Virus record (IMG/VR): IMGVR_UViG_3300033141_004852
Location: 1 to 64,000 of that record
From: a virus
Length of the DNA stretch: 64,000 nucleotides
Reading direction: 5' to 3' (one strand)
The notes beneath the pieces are model-generated. The model saw only the letters and a program-made list of their open reading frames with translations. It had not been told where the DNA came from and did no database searches. Of the stretch, positions 60,941-64,000 are shown one piece after another. Made by a program: the position numbers and the translations under genes. The first letter of the stretch is position 1. Each line of letters begins with the position of its first letter.

Positions 60941-63278
60941 ATGTATACCGCCGAAGACTTGAGTATCATCGCCGTTGGCTTCCGCCCCGAAGACCGGGAC
61001 TTCACGGTTGACGACTCCCGGTACTGGGTATGCACCACCATGCTCACGACCGAGCAAGAGCACCGCTACGGACTTCCCCTGTACCCACAGACCCCCACTT
61101 GGTGGCCGCTCGACTACGGTAGCGCCACCCCCACACCAGAGGAGAGGGCGGCAAAGCACTTGGGGGACGTGATCCTCAACAACCTCTCCACAGTCCTGCT
61201 TGTCCATGATCGGGAACAAGACGCGTACGGTATCTGCTACCGCGAAGAGAGGACGGCTCCAGAAGAGGTGATCGCCGCCTATCTGATCTGCGGACTCCTG
61301 CCACCAGTCTCCCTCGTGGAGCACTTCAGTACCCGCCTCGACCCCCGCGGGAACCTCCCGACCTCCACTTATCAAGCGGTACTGGAGGCGTGTCACCTCA
61401 CCACGCGGGAGGCACGGCGAGGCGATACCGCGCAGAAGGTCGCCAACCTCTGGACCGGGTGGGTTCCGCCCTCGGAGATTGGCGGGGCTATAGAGCGGTG
61501 GACAGAAACACTCCCCGTCGGCCCGCTCCAGGAACGGTTGGGGTTCTGGATTGATCTGAAAGACAGTCCCGACACAGACGAAGAGACGGGGGAGCCGCTC
61601 CTACGACTGGCCGTCTGCACCGAAGCCGGGAACGTCCTCACCAGCACGGGGACGGGCGTCCCCGCCACCGCGACACCGGAAGAGCGCGCACAGGCGCTCG
61701 CCAACGCCGCCGCAGCCGTCCACCGCGCCTTCGAGAAGGCTGCCGAGAAGATTGTCGCCCGCCTCTCCGGGAACGACTTCCGAGAGGGAGTGCCCGATGC
61801 CTAGACCGCACCAGGGAGCACGGTATACTTGGCCGAAGAAAGATGAGGAGTACCGCCTCTACCGACTACACCTGCGCGAAGACGGCGAATCCTGGACTGA
61901 GTACATGCTCGTGTTGCAAGGGGATGATCACAAGGATACCAGAGGCCGCCCGGATGCCCTGGTTTGTGGTGTCCGCGGTGACCCCAACAGCCTCTACTTC
62001 GGCTCCGTAGACGTACAACACATACTAGGTTCATGCTCGCACAAGCGGGTAACATGGGATGAACTTCCCCCCGAATGGCAGGACGCCTATCTACGCTGGG
62101 GGGTAGACGCTTCAGCACGGGGCCTCCACCTCACCACGGAGCCGGATACTCCCGTCCACAAGGTCGCTGATCTGCTTTGGAGAATCCGACGCCTGGCGGT
62201 GGACTGCGACCCCGCGGAAGAAGACCCACTGGCGGTGATCAATAACTTAGCGAAGGAAGCCCTCGCTACGCTACAGTCTGTCTCTACCTCCTAGCGACCC
62301 CCCGGTCGCGCCCGGTCTCTGGGCCGGGCCGTGCTCACCCCCACAGCGGGTACGGCCGGGCCTGGAGAAACCCAGGTAACACATACAGGAGGTAGCGAAG
62401 ATGACGTGTAGTATCTGCGAACGTACAGCGCCACTCACTCCATGCAAACTCTGCGACAGGATGATCTGCCACCAATGCTCCGTTCGCGTTGGGGAGCACA
62501 CCTACTGCGGACCCTGCCTTGTGCGGGAGCAACCGCCGTTCAATCCCCAGCGCGGACACGTCCCCCAAGTGGACCAGCGAGTAGTGGTAACGGACCCACC
62601 CGCTGATCTTCGACACCGCGCCCAGCAGGTCGGCGCCGTCCAGGCGATCACGTGGGAGTGGGAACCGGACGAGAATCTCGAAAACAAAGGGTACTGGGAT
62701 GCCATAACGGGGGTAGTTTTCCGCGATGGTAAGGTCGAAACAATCCCCTGCCGCTCCCTCACCCCGATCCACCAAGCACTTCGGGTAGTCCGCCGACTCG
62801 TCTGCCCGAAGGAGGCAACACACTTGCCGGATACGTACAATGACGACGTGTATATCGTCAATCCGCCGATCGGGGCAGGCAAGGACGGCGACTTGATCTA
62901 CCACGAGGTTGGCGTCTTACTGCAGGCAGACGGGACCTGCACGAATCGCTGGGCGGACGGCACCGTCGGCGTCCCCTCCAAACTGGCGGAATTGGTGGAG
63001 GAACTCGCCGCCGATATTGACGGCGCAAACTGCGCCCACTGCGGGGAGATCGCCGAATGGCGCGACGTGGATGTGCCACTATGAAACAGGGAGCCTGCAC
63101 GATCTGCCACTCTTTCCCCGTTCCTACCCGCACCTGCCCCGGCTGCGGCAGGATAGTGGGGCAGGAATGCTTCGCCGACGCGGAGCGATGCCGACTCTGT
63201 GACGAATGCTCAGAGCACCAAGAGGAGGTAACAAACAATGGCGAAACCCGCCCTGGACTGCACCGTAACCTACGCTGA
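60941..63278 (+). other. Four early genes (60941-61804, 61797-62294, 62401-63084, 63081-63278)
   Basis: RBS or coupling; the last two have multi-CxxC zinc fingers. Confidence 0.65.
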
Positions 63279-64000
63279 TCTGAACAACGGCGCCGCCGTA
63301 TCGCGCGTGATCGGTCGCGGTCGCTACGCCCTGCCGATCTGTGAAAATGTGGCGATCCGAACAGAAGGGCAGAAAATCCGGTGTTGGGCGTACCCCGCCG
63401 GACCCGCTGCTGCTTGGGACTTCAACGCGCGGGTAGCAGTCAGTGGGGGAATCACCGTCCCCGCCCGGACCCTCAAACGCGTGCTCAAAGCACTGAAAAC
63501 GAAGGCGCGGGAACCCCTGCGGCTCCAAGCACCGGACCCCTCTCACTTGACTATCACCGCGGGTAACACCCAAGTCAGCCTCCAGGGGCTCCCGATAGAA
63601 GAATACCCGCCCCTCCCCCACATCAAAGACCCCTCCACCTACCAAGTCACGGTGGGGATTCTCCGTGAGGCATCCACCCGCCTACTCCCCCTCGCCAAAG
63701 CGGCGGTGGAGGAGAAGTGGCAGGGGATTCACGTCATCCCCACCGACACAGACGCCGTGGGCTTCTGGGCCACAGACAGATTCCGAGTAACGCACATACC
63801 ACTCACCCCCACCGCGCAGACGGGGATGCAGCATATTCTAATCCCTACCGAGGCCCTAGAACACTTCCTCGCCCTCAGCCGCCGACTCGACGGCGAGGAA
63901 CCCGCATACATCCACGCAGGACAGAGTGCAGAGAGAGACGATCCCGCACCGCGGGTAACACTCACCTGTGGCCCCCTAACTGTTACTGCAGGCTCCTTCA
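63238..64000 (+). CDS. dnaN: Divergent DNA polymerase III beta clamp-like protein (partial, runs off the window, not in track)
   Basis: My translation gives LPICENVAI, GITVPARTL, LQGLPIEEYPPLP, ATDRFRV and ILIPTEAL, matching the DnaN pattern; GAGGAGGT RBS. Confidence 0.75.
   Translation, partial: MAKPALDCTVTYADLNNGAAVSRVIGRGRYALPICENVAIRTEGQKIRCWAYPAGPAAAWDFNARVAVSGGITVPARTLKRVLKALKTKAREPLRLQAPDPSHLTITAGNTQVSLQGLPIEEYPPLPHIKDPSTYQVTVGILREASTRLLPLAKAAVEEKWQGIHVIPTDTDAVGFWATDRFRVTHIPLTPTAQTGMQHILIPTEALEHFLALSRRLDGEEPAYIHAGQSAERDDPAPRVTLTCGPLTVTAGSF

Larger units (their letters stand above)
1..64000. mobile_element. Tailed bacteriophage genome segment (siphovirus-like), prophage or free phage undetermined
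   Basis: Terminase-portal-protease-capsid-tail-tape measure-holin synteny, no tail sheath, no host genes or integrase in the window. Confidence 0.95.

Noticed and set aside
52700-62400. tRNA genes among the structured intergenic regions
   Set aside because: No cloverleaf with a T-loop GTTCRA and acceptor stem found by eye
1-64000. Stop-codon reassignment
   Set aside because: Core genes are full length in the standard code, and TAG, TGA and TAA all end genes next to downstream starts

Overview
The whole window reads as one tailed dsDNA phage segment (GC about 60%, standard genetic code, strong AGGAGGT ribosome-binding sites). I see no host housekeeping genes, integrase, tRNA or CRISPR array, so prophage versus free phage cannot be decided. 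The left arm (1 to about 50.7 kb, minus strand) is read right to left. It starts with small hypothetical genes and DNA/nucleotide-metabolism genes: DUF5131-like, HAD phosphatase, Toprim protein, DNA methyltransferase, RuvC-like, MmcB-like, MazG-like, two sigma-like factors, HIRAN, patatin, DUF1599-like, dCMP deaminase and a putative endolysin. A siphovirus-type morphogenesis operon follows: terminase, portal, protease, scaffold, capsid, head-tail proteins, tail tube, chaperones, 1674-aa tape measure, tail tip, fibre and holin. A roughly 1-kb divergent non-coding region with direct repeats separates this from a plus-strand putative early arm (51.7-64 kb) of small, often Cys-rich genes that ends in a divergent DnaN-like clamp. 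Main highlights: (1) the early arm is built from repeated promoter/RBS cassettes and large structured leaders with anti-SD pairing; (2) that arm carries a strong strand-specific excess of GTAACA and TGATCT hexamers; (3) a GT4, NDT-like and GT2 cassette sits inside the tail operon and is a candidate virion-glycosylation system; (4) the tail chaperone appears to use a +1 (or -2) frameshift at CCC_TTT_CGT. Family assignments come from motif recognition by eye, and motif counts are manual.
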